This document shows, one piece after another, positions 47,987 to 57,715 of a stretch of DNA of 64,000 nucleotides. The stretch comes from Promethearchaeota archaeon. GTDB taxonomy: Archaea; Asgardarchaeota; Lokiarchaeia; Sigyniarchaeales; SOKP01. The notes under the pieces are model-generated. The model was not told the origin of the DNA, did not search any database, and saw nothing but the letters and a program-made list of their open reading frames with translations. The DNA is taken from the NCBI GenBank assembly GCA_019894855.1, contig JAGXNS010000001.1, forward strand, positions 3,966-67,965, written 5' to 3'. The translations under genes were made by a program, and so were the position numbers. Every line of letters begins with the position of its first letter. The first letter of the stretch is position 1.

Positions 47987-48691
47987 TTAATGCTCTCTAG
48001 AGTTCAGTATCTTTTTTTTTGTAAAGATAACAAGCGGAATTATACTAACGATGGTAATTATTAAAAAACTGTTCCCGAAAGGAACTTTTATAATGATATC
48101 TTCTTCATTTAATTCCCATCTGTAGATTGTCGTTCCGTTTGTAATTTTTTCAATAATCGTAGAAAATCCTGCTGAATTAATAGATATTTCAAAGCTGGTA
48201 CTATTTCCATAATAATCAAAAACGATTTTTTCTCCAATTGTGGAATAATTTAGGAACCCTTCTCTTTTGACCGCTTCACCTATGAGCGTTAAATTAACTG
48301 GAGTAGGAAATACAAATAAATTGCCGTTAAAAAATCCTTCTGAAGACCAGTTTAAAAAATTTAACGTTTTATTATAAGCCATGTAAAAAGAATTTGTATA
48401 GCGTGGCACCCAAGAATATCGGTGGTAGAACTCTAACGTATGATTTATAAAAAGATAGTTTTTTTCGTTATAAGTCTGGTTATAAATGGTTGAAGCGGTG
48501 AATCGCACAAATTCAACGTCCATATACCACGATTCAGTTGCATTTACACTTTCCCAGATAATTTCACTTTCTTCTTCAACTGGAAATGTAGACTCTCCTA
48601 AAGTCGTGCTGCCAAGTGTATAAAGAGGGAAAATTGACATGAAAATTAAGCAAAGACATGCAATTGATGTTATAAATCTTTTTTGACTCAT
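47987..48691 (-). CDS. secreted, C-terminally anchored glycoprotein-like protein
   Basis: Signal/anchor ITSIACLCLIFMSIFPL, eight or more N-x-S/T sequons, and C-terminal TM FLIITIVSIIPLVIF plus a basic tail. Confidence 0.55.
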   Translation of the reverse strand: MSQKRFITSIACLCLIFMSIFPLYTLGSTTLGESTFPVEEESEIIWESVNATESWYMDVEFVRFTASTIYNQTYNEKNYLFINHTLEFYHRYSWVPRYTNSFYMAYNKTLNFLNWSSEGFFNGNLFVFPTPVNLTLIGEAVKREGFLNYSTIGEKIVFDYYGNSTSFEISINSAGFSTIIEKITNGTTIYRWELNEEDIIIKVPFGNSFLIITIVSIIPLVIFTKKKILNSREH

Positions 48692-48803
48692 TTTTTAATT
48701 TCATTAAGGGCTGATGGATTGTATATAAAATATCTCTTTTCAAATATTTAAGTCTAGACAATTAATTATCGAACTAGTTTGAAATTGAATCATTAATTGC
48801 ATG

Positions 48804-49481
48804 TTATTTTTCTAACGCTTTTTTTTCGAGAACTTCTGAATATTCTTCCCATTTGTCTTTTTCATTTGGGTTCTTCTTTGTTATATGGAACAGACAAGTC
48901 TTTGCTCCCGCTGGGATGGTTGTTTTAAATTCTACTTGATATTCATGTTGTAGTACGCCCGAATCTCTAAAGGCATTGATTATTCCTTGAACTAAATATC
49001 TTTGAACTCTACAATCAAAAGCTTTGTAAACATTTTGTAGAGGACACCAAATTATATCAAAAGAACATTGTTCTTCGTTGTCAATTCGCGGATCCTCAAT
49101 TGAAGTCCAAGCTTGAGTATTTACTATCGTTGCTAAAAAACTCATTAGTTCTATATCGGAAATTTCAGCGGGTATTTGTATGTTTTCAAGAATTTGATTC
49201 CCCATCATATATCCTGTTCTAATTAAAGCATCGATGACTATTTTTTGACCCTCACTACCTAACTTTTTTTCGACATCTTGTAATATATTGATGACGGCCA
49301 TGGCCATAAACAAACCAAATTGTAGTAAAGAGGTTGGGTCAAAATCTTTACGATTTATAACATCTGCTCTAAAACGCTCTAGAGTCTTCTTAAACGGTTC
49401 ACCAAGCTTAGTTTTTTTCCACATCTCTTCTTTACGATTAGCGCCTTTTAAAATACCTTTTTCATCCATCTTACATAACAC
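48804..49481 (-). CDS. hypothetical protein
   Basis: 225-aa ORF with conserved-looking Cys residues (CSFDIIWCPL, FDCRV, KTCLFH). No confident family. Confidence 0.45.
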   Translation of the reverse strand: MLCKMDEKGILKGANRKEEMWKKTKLGEPFKKTLERFRADVINRKDFDPTSLLQFGLFMAMAVINILQDVEKKLGSEGQKIVIDALIRTGYMMGNQILENIQIPAEISDIELMSFLATIVNTQAWTSIEDPRIDNEEQCSFDIIWCPLQNVYKAFDCRVQRYLVQGIINAFRDSGVLQHEYQVEFKTTIPAGAKTCLFHITKKNPNEKDKWEEYSEVLEKKALEK

Positions 49482-49583
49482 CTAAAAGTATGGTCTTCTA
49501 TATTAAAATTACATTAAAATTGGTATTTATTATAATTGAAATTAATTTAAAAATCTAAATTTATATTAGCTATAGTGATAATT

Positions 49584-50327
49584 ATGAAAAAATTAGTTTT
49601 ATTACGTCATGGAGAGAGCGAATGGAACAGGCAAAACAGGTTTACTGGTTGGACGGACGTAGATCTTTCAGTTCAGGGAATAATCGAAGCTGAAAAGGCG
49701 GGGAATTTACTTAAAGATAATAACTTTACTTTTGATATTGCGTATACTTCGGTTCTTAAAAGAGGGATTAGAACCTTATGGATCGTTTTAGATAAGATGG
49801 ATTTAATGTGGATACCCGTATTTAGATCTTGGAGGTTAAACGAAAGACATTATGGTGCACTTCAAGGACTTTACAAATCTAAGTTAGCAGCCGAACTAGG
49901 AGAAGAACAAGTGTTAATTTGGCGGAGAAGTTATGATACACCTCCTCCGACTCTTAAAACTTCTGATCCAAGATACCCCGGTAATGATAAGAGATACGAG
50001 GATCTTGAATCCAAAGATATACCCTTAGCAGAATGCTTGAAAGATACTGTTGAGCGTTTTTTACCATATTGGCATGAGACAATTGCTCCAACCATTAAGA
50101 GTGGAAAAAATATCTTAATCTCCGCTCATGGTAATAGTTTAAGAGCTCTAGTTAAGTATTTGGATAATGTTTCTGAAGATGAAATAGTAAAGTTAAATAT
50201 TCCAACAGGTATTCCTTTAATATATGAACTTGATGACGATCTAAAGCCTATACAGCACTACTACTTAGGCGATCCAGAAGCTGTTAAAAAAGCAACTGAA
50301 GCTGTTGCAAATCAGGGAAAGATTTAG
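49584..50327 (+). CDS. gpmA: 2,3-bisphosphoglycerate-dependent phosphoglycerate mutase
   Basis: [41 protein letters not shown] and [14 protein letters not shown] 49584 is preferred over GTG 49575. Confidence 0.9.
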   Translation: MKKLVLLRHGESEWNRQNRFTGWTDVDLSVQGIIEAEKAGNLLKDNNFTFDIAYTSVLKRGIRTLWIVLDKMDLMWIPVFRSWRLNERHYGALQGLYKSKLAAELGEEQVLIWRRSYDTPPPTLKTSDPRYPGNDKRYEDLESKDIPLAECLKDTVERFLPYWHETIAPTIKSGKNILISAHGNSLRALVKYLDNVSEDEIVKLNIPTGIPLIYELDDDLKPIQHYYLGDPEAVKKATEAVANQGKI

Positions 50328-50361
50328 CTGTATATCAAGATATTATTAAAAAAAACGATTT

Positions 50362-51027
50362 TTATGTTAATCTTCTGTCTTTTTTCATAGAAAATTCATG
50401 TCCGATAATCCAACACATTAGGAGTGTAAAAAGAATCCACTCCGAAAAATGAGAAATTTCCAATGCTAATTCATGATTAAAAAAATTTATATTAGTAAAA
50501 TAGATGAATACTAAAAAAGGAAAAGCTACTACGAATCCTGATAGAGCTTGAAGCTTAGAAATACCTTTAGCCGTCCACTCTGAAATTCCATAAAGTATGC
50601 AATAAGCTAAACCTCCAAAAAAGAAAAAACCCGCCCCAAAGTTATGTAAATATTGAGAAATATCGCCAGGAAACAACCCCATCATAAAAATCCCTACAGA
50701 TGATATAAAACCGAAAATAAACGATAAATTCACAAGAATTATCGACACTTCCTTTTTAATTAGAAAAACGCTTAGGTTTAGAAAAAAACACACCATAACA
50801 ACACCGGATATCATACTTCCTACATTAAAAATAATGTTAGATCCATTCGGTCCTATTCCTAGATGGCTTAAATAATGCGTAAAAATACTAAATGACGAGT
50901 CACCTAAATTATATAAAATTAATGAAAATAAGATAGTTAATCCAGGGAAGAAGACCCCAAAAGAAGTTAAGTAACTCCGATTAAACTTATTAAAGAGGAT
51001 TTCATATCTTTCAAAGAAAATTATTGT
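50362..51027 (-). CDS. DUF998-like membrane protein (conserved N-terminal 71 codons lie upstream of the first ATG)
   Basis: The track ORF is 50362..50814. The same frame stays open to 51027 and encodes a TM helix plus THYLSHLGIGPNG, matching NYISDLGS in the paralogue at 4201..4866. Confidence 0.5.
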   Translation of the reverse strand, partial: TIIFFERYEILFNKFNRSYLTSFGVFFPGLTILFSLILYNLGDSSFSIFTHYLSHLGIGPNGSNIIFNVGSMISGVVMVCFFLNLSVFLIKKEVSIILVNLSFIFGFISSVGIFMMGLFPGDISQYLHNFGAGFFFFGGLAYCILYGISEWTAKGISKLQALSGFVVAFPFLVFIYFTNINFFNHELALEISHFSEWILFTLLMCWIIGHEFSMKKDRRLT

Positions 51028-51186
51028 TCACATCGCTTACTTGAAATCTAATATGATTAATAAAATATGATTTACTAATAATAAACCTCTTAGATAAGTC
51101 TTTTTATTGCTTAAAAGGCTAATTTATTAAAAATCTCAAAAAGATGAAAAAAGAGTTTAATAAGATAACGAGATATTTAACTAATT

Positions 51187-51975
51187 ATGGAAAAAAATCT
51201 AATAATTGATAGTCCTACGATTTCAAATGTTGTTTTTTATCCACAAAAAACGAAAATGCCTGAAAAGCTAGAATCAAATATCAAAGTTCTCAGGTTTGAT
51301 ATCTACGATAATATCTCAATAGGAGGTTTTTTTTATGGAACTAAGGAAGAAAATCCGACAATTCTGTTATTTCACGGGAACGGGGAAATCGCTTCTGACT
51401 ATCAATATATCTCGCATTTATTTTGGGAGTGTAATGTAAATCTCGCTGTTGTTGATTTCCGAGGGTATGGATTTAGCTCAGGCGAGCCCTACTATACTAG
51501 TTTGATATCTGATGCGATGCCTATTTACGACGCTTTTAGGCAATGGCTGGATGAAATGAATTATCTCGATTCTCTCTTCGTTCAAGGGAGATCTCTTGGA
51601 AGCGTTTGTGCGGCAGAAATTGGGGCACACAATCCAACCAATTTAAGAGGTGTTATATTTGAGAGTGGTTTCGCTAGCATCTTTAACATGATGAATGATG
51701 TATTTGGCGTCCGTAGCCCAGCCTTAACACCAGATTCAGTAAAAGAATACTCGAACGATACTAGAGTTAAAAAATTTAAAGTTCCGACTTTACTAATTCA
51801 CGGGACATCAGATGGGATTATTCCTTATTCTGAATCGCAATTACTATATCAAGATTTACCCAATAGTGTTGAGAAAAAATTAGTTTTAATTGATAAAGCC
51901 GGGCACAACAATATCCTCTCGTTTAAGCAAGATTATTTTTTGCCATTATCAGAGTTCATTCAAAAATATAAGTAA
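51187..51975 (+). CDS. alpha/beta hydrolase
   Basis: LLFHGNGE, nucleophile elbow GRSLGS, HGTSDGIIPY and AGHNN. Confidence 0.8.
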   Translation: MEKNLIIDSPTISNVVFYPQKTKMPEKLESNIKVLRFDIYDNISIGGFFYGTKEENPTILLFHGNGEIASDYQYISHLFWECNVNLAVVDFRGYGFSSGEPYYTSLISDAMPIYDAFRQWLDEMNYLDSLFVQGRSLGSVCAAEIGAHNPTNLRGVIFESGFASIFNMMNDVFGVRSPALTPDSVKEYSNDTRVKKFKVPTLLIHGTSDGIIPYSESQLLYQDLPNSVEKKLVLIDKAGHNNILSFKQDYFLPLSEFIQKYK

Positions 51976-52122
51976 CACAATTTATTGCCTATACTTAATC
52001 GAATTCTTGATCGAGAAAGATTTATAAACAAAAGCAAATAGTTACTTTAATGAAATTCTAAAAATAAAATGTAAATTGAAATTAGTTATACTATAAATTA
52101 TAATAATGAGGGATTAAAACTT

Positions 52123-52515
52123 ATGAAAGAAGAAATTTCAAAACTATTAAAAATTCTATTTTTAGTGCATTTTTTCGTAGCCGTAATATTTGGTTTAGTT
52201 TTTACATTTGTTGTTGAGTACTATGTAAGTATAACAGGTTGGCCTTATTTAGACCCAGTAACTGGGCGTGTATTGGGAGCGGTATTTTTAGGACTAGCGG
52301 TAGCTTCTTTATTAGCGTGGAGGGAAACCAAATGGCACCATGTTAAAATAATAGTTCAAATGGAAATAACATGGCTCGCAATAGGTACAGGTGTTCATAT
52401 TTTCTCAATATTTTACTTACCAGTTCCGATAATTATCTGGTTACAAACAGCTATCTTTATATTTTTCTTCGTAGCGTTTACGTGGTTTTATTACGACCAG
52501 GAAATGGCAAAGTAA
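52123..52515 (+). CDS. small four-helix membrane protein
   Basis: 130-aa hydrophobic ORF. Confidence 0.5.
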   Translation: MKEEISKLLKILFLVHFFVAVIFGLVFTFVVEYYVSITGWPYLDPVTGRVLGAVFLGLAVASLLAWRETKWHHVKIIVQMEITWLAIGTGVHIFSIFYLPVPIIIWLQTAIFIFFFVAFTWFYYDQEMAK

Positions 52516-52620
52516 AAAGTAACTTAAAGGTTTCATTAAATTCTTTTACTTTTTTTATTTTTACGCATCAACTACTCACGAAATAGTTTCTGAATAAAAA
52601 AAAGATTAGCTAAAAATAAT

Positions 52621-52821
52621 TTAACTTATGAATTCACTTAACATTATCTTCTGAAATTCGATAAATTTTTCTCGAAAAGGTATTTTTTCTTTTCCAGAAT
52701 AAACGTCTTTAGCTCCAATATAACCGAGTAATTTTTTAAAAGAAACAATGGTCTCGGATAACTCTAATTCAAGCATGAAGAAGTTGTTATCAAATTTCCG
52801 TCCAGGTGCTTTTGAACTCAT
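52621..52821 (-). CDS. small protein, PFSE/IPF family member 3
   Basis: TIVSFKKLLGYIGAKDVYSGKEKIPFREKFIEFQKIMLSEF. Confidence 0.55.
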   Translation of the reverse strand: MSSKAPGRKFDNNFFMLELELSETIVSFKKLLGYIGAKDVYSGKEKIPFREKFIEFQKIMLSEFIS

Positions 52822-52908
52822 TTTATAATCTCATTATATCACGATTAAATTATAATTAAATAGACACATCTAAATTAGTGATTTGATGGTCTGTCAGTGC
52901 ATTGTTAA

Positions 52909-53274
52909 TTAAGGTATTGGGCTACTGCTTCGTAATTCTTGCTTTAAAATGCGTTTTAATTCTGAACTACCTCTCTTAGTTTTAGGATTTCTATTCTCTT
53001 GCTTGGAGAAAATATCAACAGGGTAATTCTTTTTGTATAAGTTAAGAAAAAGTAAAATTAAGCTTGAGACGTTTCTAAAATTGCCTTTATTGTTTTTATT
53101 AGTACAAAGATTTAAGAATAGTTCAGTCAACAGCGAGAATTTTTTTTTCTGGATATCTTTATTATCAGGTAAATTTGAGAAGGTAATGATTTTTTCGAGA
53201 ATTATTTGATGATCCTTTCTCCAATTATTCAGAATCTTTATTTCCAATGTTAAATCAATACAACGATTTAACAA
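52909..53274 (-). CDS. hypothetical protein
   Basis: 121-aa ORF upstream of member 3 on the same strand. Confidence 0.35.
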   Translation of the reverse strand: MLNRCIDLTLEIKILNNWRKDHQIILEKIITFSNLPDNKDIQKKKFSLLTELFLNLCTNKNNKGNFRNVSSLILLFLNLYKKNYPVDIFSKQENRNPKTKRGSSELKRILKQELRSSSPIP

Positions 53275-53357
53275 TAATTTTAAACTAAATTATTTAAAGA
53301 AATAGATTTATTCAATTTTTTGGTCAAATTACTTGCTGGGTGTTGTATATTTTAATG

Positions 53358-54260
53358 TTAGAGCAGATTTCCTTTAGCGATTAGTACAACCTTGCCGCCA
53401 ACAGTGATATAGAATTTTCCTTCTTTTTCTTCAGCCTTCAAAAGGAGTAAAGATTTTCGACCAATTTCATAGCCTTGTTCAACTCGAATATCGATTTTTT
53501 TTTTACCAAAATAATCATGCTTCACTAGGTAAGCCGCTAAACAACCATTTGCAGAACCTGTAGCTGGGTCTTCTGGGACTCCATAGTAATCAGCGAAAAA
53601 TCGTACATTTAAATCGTTTATTTTGTCGTAAGTTTCGGGACAAAAGACTAATATGGTTTTAGCTTGTGTATTTTGAATCAGATGGGTATACTTTTCCTTA
53701 TTTATACGTACTTTTTTTAGGGCATCTAAGGACTTTAGAGGAACAATGAGAGTATGAATACCAGTATAAACCTCTTGAATTTTAAATCTGCCGTCGATAT
53801 CACTTTCGTTTATACTTAAGACATCTGCCAACAGGTCAGGCGCAAAAAATCCACTGAATGCTGGTTCATTATGCTCCATCCATGTTTCTGAAAGAATTTC
53901 ACCTTTATATTTGAATAAAATTGCAATAGGTCCAATTTTTAAGTTTAAAGACATGGTTTTCGCCTTCTCTTTCATGAATTCTTGCTGTATTACGTAAGCT
54001 GTACCAATTGTAGGATGTCCTGCAAATGGTAGTTCTACTTCAGGAGTAAAAATTCTGACATCGTAATTCTCGACAGAAGTAATAAAAGTCGTTTCACTAT
54101 AATTCATTTCTTTTGCTATACTCTGCATCTCTTCGTCGTTAAGCTTATTTCTACTTATTACGACTGCGAGTTGATTGCCAGAGTATTTCCCTTCTGCAAA
54201 TACATCAACTATGTAAAAAGGAATGCCTTCGGTTTTTAATTCATTCATGGTATTTATCAC
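53358..54260 (-). CDS. PhzF-family isomerase
   Basis: PFYIVDVFAEGKYSGNQLAVV, ETTFI, FAGHPTIG and DPATGSANG blocks. Confidence 0.85.
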   Translation of the reverse strand: MINTMNELKTEGIPFYIVDVFAEGKYSGNQLAVVISRNKLNDEEMQSIAKEMNYSETTFITSVENYDVRIFTPEVELPFAGHPTIGTAYVIQQEFMKEKAKTMSLNLKIGPIAILFKYKGEILSETWMEHNEPAFSGFFAPDLLADVLSINESDIDGRFKIQEVYTGIHTLIVPLKSLDALKKVRINKEKYTHLIQNTQAKTILVFCPETYDKINDLNVRFFADYYGVPEDPATGSANGCLAAYLVKHDYFGKKKIDIRVEQGYEIGRKSLLLLKAEEKEGKFYITVGGKVVLIAKGNLL

Positions 54261-54435
54261 TGATTTCTTAGATTATTAATAATTAAATGTCTTTTAAAAT
54301 TTTACTAAGTTTTAATATTCTTTTAGGAATTTTAAATTCTATGTTATTTATGAATTTTTAATTTACTTCTATCGACGAAATATTTTAAATATTTCAATTG
54401 CTTCAAATCAAAAAATTAAAAATTAAAAAAAAGAA

Positions 54436-54810
54436 TCATAAATACATAGTAAGCTTGTCTAAATCTTTCTTCATTACAGATCTCTTCTTTTCCTTTTCCT
54501 CTTCTGGGCCAAATCCTTGTTCGTCTTCTTCTAAGCTTGCTACTTCTTCATCGTAAGCGGCTTCCACCATCATTCCGTACTTTATCGCGTAAGCTATTAA
54601 TTCAGGAATGACAGTTATCATGCTTTTAAAACTAAATATTTCGCTTAACCGGCTTAAAATTTTTATCATATCTTCGAAAGGATTGACATTTATATTAGGA
54701 TTATCCATTATATCCATAATTCTTTTAAAAAGCACCTCATAGAACATATTTAATTGTTCCGGATCTAATGCAAACCCATCATCTTCTTCTTCTTCTCCCA
54801 AAAGATTCAC
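54436..54810 (-). CDS. hypothetical acidic protein
   Basis: 124-aa ORF with Glu/Asp-rich termini. Confidence 0.4.
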   Translation of the reverse strand: MNLLGEEEEDDGFALDPEQLNMFYEVLFKRIMDIMDNPNINVNPFEDMIKILSRLSEIFSFKSMITVIPELIAYAIKYGMMVEAAYDEEVASLEEDEQGFGPEEEKEKKRSVMKKDLDKLTMYL

Positions 54811-54921
54811 CTAAAATTATTTAGTTAATATTAAGTAATATGTAAAGAATGGATTTTTAAGTTTTTAGATTTACTAAAAAAGAATTTAAATGTAGTAGCG
54901 AAATCGCCCTGTTCGTAAATA

Positions 54922-55146
54922 TTACAATTCCTTTAATAGAATTTGTTTAAATTTTTTATCCCATTTACTAAAAGGGATACCATCATTTTTAGAACTAAAT
55001 TTAGTAGAACTTGGTTTTTTAAATATTTCTGAAAATGGAATTACAACTTGAGATAGAACCTGTTGATATTCTGATTCTATTTCGTACAACTCTTCTAACC
55101 GTAGTCGAACACTTTCTCTAATTTTTTCAATTGCCGTCTGAAACAC
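54922..55146 (-). CDS. small protein, PFSE/IPF family member 4
   Basis: VVIPFSEIFKKPSSTKFSSKNDGIPFSKWDKKFKQILLKEL. Confidence 0.55.
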   Translation of the reverse strand: MFQTAIEKIRESVRLRLEELYEIESEYQQVLSQVVIPFSEIFKKPSSTKFSSKNDGIPFSKWDKKFKQILLKEL

Positions 55147-55164
55147 GCTCTATTCTTTTTTTAA

Positions 55165-55365
55165 TTATTCAATTATCGTTAATTTATGATATTTTCGAAG
55201 AACTTCTTCAAATTCGATTTTCATTAAAGATTTGTAAATAGGATGTCGACTATTAAATCGTATAGTTTCCTCACCAGAATATATATCCGTTTTAGTTGGA
55301 AGCAATCCAAATGAATTAACAGGTTTTATTTTCTTCATAATTTTTTCGGTATTAATATTTAACAA
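55165..55365 (-). CDS. small protein, PFSE/IPF family member 5
   Basis: KIKPVNSFGLLPTKTDIYSGEETIRFNSRHPIYKSLMKIEF. It overlaps the RHH gene by 14 nt. Confidence 0.55.
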   Translation of the reverse strand: MLNINTEKIMKKIKPVNSFGLLPTKTDIYSGEETIRFNSRHPIYKSLMKIEFEEVLRKYHKLTIIE

Positions 55366-55777
55366 TTAGATTTCCTTCAATTCCTAATTTAAGACCTTTT
55401 TTCTCCAACTCATCTCCGTATTCATCAAGAATATCCATCAATGTTTTAGAACTCATCACTAGTTTTTCTGCTAACCGATCTATGTCTATACTTTTTACTC
55501 GTTTAAAGAAATTAATAATTTGTTCCAAATCGTCGTTTATCTTCCTTTCGTTGTTTCTTAGTTGAATTTCCCTTCTTACATCGACTGATACGATTCCATA
55601 TTTGGACTCTAATATATCTGGATTAGTTATTATCCAATCATTTAGTATATTTCGTAAGATTTCAGATTTAGATTTGCCCATTTTTTCCGCCATCAGTTTA
55701 ATAACTGTCTCATCAAAAAAATCTAGACTTACCGTAATTCTAGGAAGGTTTGATGATTTATTTTCTTCTGATGACAT
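55352..55777 (-). CDS. ribbon-helix-helix (CopG-like) DNA-binding protein with a C-terminal helical domain
   Basis: ITVSLDFFDETVIKLMAEKMGKSKSEILRNILNDWI is an RHH beta-strand plus two helices. Confidence 0.6.
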   Translation of the reverse strand: MSSEENKSSNLPRITVSLDFFDETVIKLMAEKMGKSKSEILRNILNDWIITNPDILESKYGIVSVDVRREIQLRNNERKINDDLEQIINFFKRVKSIDIDRLAEKLVMSSKTLMDILDEYGDELEKKGLKLGIEGNLIVKY

Positions 55778-55971
55778 GATCTATGTATGGACAAAAATTT
55801 AGTTCTATAATGATCATTAATTTCATATTTTTAAATCTTCTGTTTTTTTGATCATTTAATGCATCTTCAGTGATGCGTACATTTATAAGAGGGGATGTTA
55901 TTCTTATATTATCGAAGTGATATTTAGATATTTCTTTAAAAAATTTGAAAAGCTAAGGTGTTGTGTGAGAA

Positions 55972-56613
55972 ATGTTAGAATTATATCCCCCTGAAATTGA
56001 AGTTATAAATACTAAAGATAGGATCACAATCGATCTAATTAAAGATGGAGAAGATTTTTTAACCCAATTTGACATAAACGAGGATTTTGTTTTAGATACA
56101 GTTTCATTAGTGTATAGGTATTTAAGAGCTAATAGTAAAATTCCGCATAATCTATACAAGTTTTTCATTGCCGCCTATTACATTGTAACAAGGCATCCCT
56201 TTGCGTTTCCTGCCCACGAAAATAAAAAAAATTTCTGTAAAAAGTTTAATTTAGAAATCAGCTCACTAGAATATTGCGTTAACAAAATCATTTCTCGATT
56301 TGGTTACATTAAAATTCTAGATGATATGAATTACCCATACTTTATTGATCCTGAGCGAGACTTAAGCTTAGAAATCATAAAGAATATTGTAAAATCGAAG
56401 ATCGAAGCTGCCATGATGAAATTCTTATTGTATAATAAACAAGTTAATTCTCAAATATTAACAGAAGAATTAGTAAGTGATATTGTTTTTGAGCACAAAG
56501 CCTTCCCTGAAGAACTCTTTCGACAATTGTACAATATTGTTTCTAATCTTGTCGAGGAGAAGTTTACTGACCACAACGAATATGTTATGCTTCAGCAAAA
56601 ATATTTTATTTAA
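55972..56613 (+). CDS. hypothetical protein
   Basis: 213-aa helical ORF divergent from the RHH operon. Confidence 0.45.
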   Translation: MLELYPPEIEVINTKDRITIDLIKDGEDFLTQFDINEDFVLDTVSLVYRYLRANSKIPHNLYKFFIAAYYIVTRHPFAFPAHENKKNFCKKFNLEISSLEYCVNKIISRFGYIKILDDMNYPYFIDPERDLSLEIIKNIVKSKIEAAMMKFLLYNKQVNSQILTEELVSDIVFEHKAFPEELFRQLYNIVSNLVEEKFTDHNEYVMLQQKYFI

Positions 56614-56713
56614 TCGAATAGCCTGAGAAATTTAAAGTTTTTATTCCAAATAGAGACTATGAGTAAAAAATTTGCTTTTTTGTAACGATATCTAGATTAG
56701 AAAAAATATATTG

Positions 56714-57715
56714 TTAGATGTTTAGAAATTTGAAGTAAATGAGATGTTTTTTACTCCCGTGTTTTTTAGATTTGAAATTATAGAACGAGAAACTTTTTGA
56801 AAAATAATAGTTAAGGGAATCGAGATTTGCTACATAGTTGTTTTCCCATTCGTTTAGAGCTAATACAATGTTTAAAAATTGCTTCTGAAAGTTAAACGGT
56901 ACAGAATACTCTTCAAAATGGAGGAATGGCGCTACCATTGAAGATTCATTCCTTACTAACCATCTCCCTTCTGAAATTTTCGAATGTATGTATTTTCCAG
57001 ATTTATCAAATTTCGAGCATAATCGGTTTGATGTTAAAATAATACCTACTAGATTTGGGGCATAGTTCTTATTCTTCATAAAATTATAGTGCAAATCACA
57101 TTGAACAAAAACATTATCCTTCACTTTAATAACGAACTTATCGTTTCTAAAGACCCATATAATAGGTACGGCTAGACTAATTAATAAGTAAATTAAAAGC
57201 AAGTTTTTTAATACATTGCTCCAAGCACCATTAACATATCTAATTAGATTAGTTTCTACGTAAAGAAGTAAAGCGATAGAAATAGTATTCACAATTACAA
57301 ATAATCCTATACTATCAAATATTCTCTTAAATTCAAAACCTGCATATTTTGTCTCTCTCTCAATAAAATTAATCAACGAGGGGGTAAATTTAACATGGAT
57401 TAATCGTATGAAATGAATTATCAAGAATACTGAAGTACTAAAGAAACTCCACCCTAAAGTTAAGTCTAAAGAAAAACCATTACTTACAGGAGTGGAACTT
57501 TCAGAGACGAGAAAATGTGGAAAAGAAGTATTATCCATGTAAGGTAAATAACCGAATACGAGATAACCAAATGCAATTATTAAAACGATTACGATATATA
57601 AACTCGATTTAAGTGCTTTCTTATAATACTCAGATCTAATTATTTGAGTAGCTTCCTTTAACCCTTGTTCGTCTTCAAAATTTAATTCTGTTACAGTTTT
57701 AAGCGAATTCCTCAT
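56714..57715 (-). CDS. polytopic membrane protein
   Basis: 333 aa with four or five TM helices in the N-terminal half. It overlaps the upstream gene by 4 nt (ATGA). Confidence 0.55.
   Translation of the reverse strand: MRNSLKTVTELNFEDEQGLKEATQIIRSEYYKKALKSSLYIVIVLIIAFGYLVFGYLPYMDNTSFPHFLVSESSTPVSNGFSLDLTLGWSFFSTSVFLIIHFIRLIHVKFTPSLINFIERETKYAGFEFKRIFDSIGLFVIVNTISIALLLYVETNLIRYVNGAWSNVLKNLLLIYLLISLAVPIIWVFRNDKFVIKVKDNVFVQCDLHYNFMKNKNYAPNLVGIILTSNRLCSKFDKSGKYIHSKISEGRWLVRNESSMVAPFLHFEEYSVPFNFQKQFLNIVLALNEWENNYVANLDSLNYYFSKSFSFYNFKSKKHGSKKHLIYFKFLNI

Noticed and set aside
51028-51030. In-frame TGA after ATG in the DUF998-like gene, considered as selenocysteine.
   Set aside because: Position 2 of a membrane protein is an implausible Sec site. 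I saw no SECIS-like structure, and the paralogue offers no Cys at an equivalent place.
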